64,000 bases of DNA from the NCBI GenBank assembly GCA_030390025.1, contig CM059434.1, forward strand, positions 25,978,001 through 26,042,000. Direction: 5' to 3'. Within the stretch, counting starts at the first letter, position 1; each line of letters begins with the position of its first letter. Positions 62,300 to 64,000 of the stretch are shown one piece after another. A program made the translations under genes and the position numbers. Source of the stretch: Squalus acanthias. Taxonomy: Eukaryota. The notes beneath the pieces were generated by a model. The model did no database searches, was not told where the DNA came from, and was given only the letters and a program-made list of their open reading frames with translations.

Positions 62300-62668
62300 A
62301 AGAAAGAACTTGCATTTATATAGCACCTTTCATGACTCAGGACGTCCCAAAGCGCTTTACAGCCAATTAAATACTTTTGAAGTGTAGTCACTGTTGTAAT
62401 GTAGGGAAACACGGCAGCCAATTTACGCCCAGCTAGGTCCCCGAAACAGCAATGAGATTATGAGCAGATAATCTGTTTTCTTTGCGATATTGGTTGAGGG
62501 ATAAATATTGGTCAGGACACTGGGAGAACACCCATTCATTTCAAATAGTGCCATGGGATGATTTATGTCCACCTGGGAGAGCAGACAGAATCTCGGATTA
62601 TGTGCTCAAGTCTCTGGAATGGGACTTGAATCCATGAGGTGAGAGTGCTACCACTGAGCCAAGCCTGA
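62300..62668 (-). mobile_element. Deu-type SINE, internally deleted
   Basis: Reverse complement of the tail at 62300-62330 and of the head GGCTCAGTGGTAGCACTCTC near 62640-62660. Confidence 0.8.
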
Positions 62669-64000
62669 CACCTATATAGGGCAGCAACCTGGATTGAAAC
62701 ACAGGCCTGTCTCCTTAAGCCTGTATGGTGGATGCAACTTGACATTTGGTGTGGGATTGTAGGCCAGACGTGAACCAGTTGGGTTTTTACGACCATCGAA
62801 CAGCTTCATGGTCACTTTTACTGATAACAGCTTTTTATGTCTAGCAACGTAATCTAAACAAAACCAGCAAATTAAATGTGGTTCCGAGGGAGCCAGATCC
62901 AAATCATTCAACAACACTTTTAACAGCAAGCATCCTCACTCAAAATTGCTGTGGTGCTTAAAAATTAATGACAGCCCCAAGCATAGTTTGGGTCGGGTTA
63001 GTGTCCCACACCCAAGTCATGATGCGTCACTGAACATCAATAACTGTATACCAAACTACGCCTATCGCTTACTGTTGGCATTTATTCCTCTTCCACCAGT
63101 TACAAACCTGCTGAACTTCATTGCATCAGGTAATTACATGACTGTGTCTGCATTTTCTCCTCTCTATGCATAAAATTAAGCAACAAGGACACTGTGCCAA
63201 ACTGAAACAAAGAACACTTTGCCAACTTACTTCACTGGCTGTTAATTAAGTCCCTGTTCTGTCACCAAGCACTGTTGTCGGTGTGCCAATGCGAGGTTTG
63301 GCGAGATCTTGTCCCAGATTGTATCAGATTCAGTGGGGAACAGGTGCAGGTTCTGTCACTAATGATCTTCAATTTGCCCTAATTCTTGTTGATCAAAAGG
63401 ATAATCTCGCTCCGCAAGCTCAGGAATATATGCAAGGTAGGGTTCCCTGAAGTCACACTGACTGAGTGACCCTTTGTTTGCCCCTTTTATAGAACTTGCA
63501 GAAGCCAGTCCTTGTTTGACCTTTTTCTAGGACCAACAGAAACCATGGCCTACACAGAAACAGTTGTTTCCCCATGGGATATTTTGTCTGTTGGTAAACT
63601 GTTCCTCTTAAATGTATTGCTTCTGCTGCAACTGGTCCACCTGAATGGTGAGCTATTGGCTGTGCTCAAGAGAGCTAGCTCATGGTTGGACTCTATGGTC
63701 TCAAAATTTCACAGGGGTTCTACCAGTATCCCGCAGGAGACCGGTAGAACCCCCAAGGAAACAGCTGCGACCTGGTTATGTTGGGTCTTGGCTATTTCTG
63801 GGAGTCAAGAAGCAGAACTTCAGTCCACTCCTTACTGGGCCAGGGAGTGGAGCCAGGAGCGGGACTCCCTAAGTTAGAGTTTTTGAACCTGAGGGTAAAT
63901 GAGGTCCTGATATAGTAGTGGTAGCCAGTACATCCAGAAGGCCTCCACCAAGCCATATATGGGTCTCTCCAGTGGGATCCAAGCTTCACAAGTTTCCTGA

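Noticed and set aside
58600-64000. Searched for the next upstream LRP4 exon (LDLa repeat) or another gene
   Set aside because: I found no cysteine-patterned exon with splice sites; the region appears intronic.

Overview
This is eukaryotic (vertebrate) genomic DNA, most likely from a cartilaginous fish. That assignment is inferred from its HE1/V-SINE, Deu-SINE and shark-type CR1 repeats. The whole window lies inside one minus-strand gene, LRP4 (MEGF7). I can place 23 consecutive coding exons (equivalent to human exons 6-28 by my recalled numbering), all with GT-AG boundaries and compatible phases, totalling 3682 nt. They encode LDLa repeats 5-8, EGF modules, YWTD beta-propellers 1-3 and the start of propeller 4. 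Both gene ends are outside the window. The introns are full of transposon relics: CR1, L2 and RTE LINE 3' ends, several SINEs, PIF/Harbinger-type derivatives with a Myb/SANT ORF, related MITEs and a hAT/Buster derivative. The most striking signal is three small insertions bounded by target-site duplications (TSDs), which look Penelope-like (47.6, 52.0 and 58.2 kb). They come from two sequence families and each carries a minimal type-I hammerhead ribozyme fold with a palindromic stem III. Two are near-perfect inverted repeats, so in LRP4 pre-mRNA the antisense arm is transcribed before an intact sense ribozyme. Most entries in the ORF track are spurious, antisense to exons or repeat-derived. 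All repeat-family names come from recognition, not database searches.
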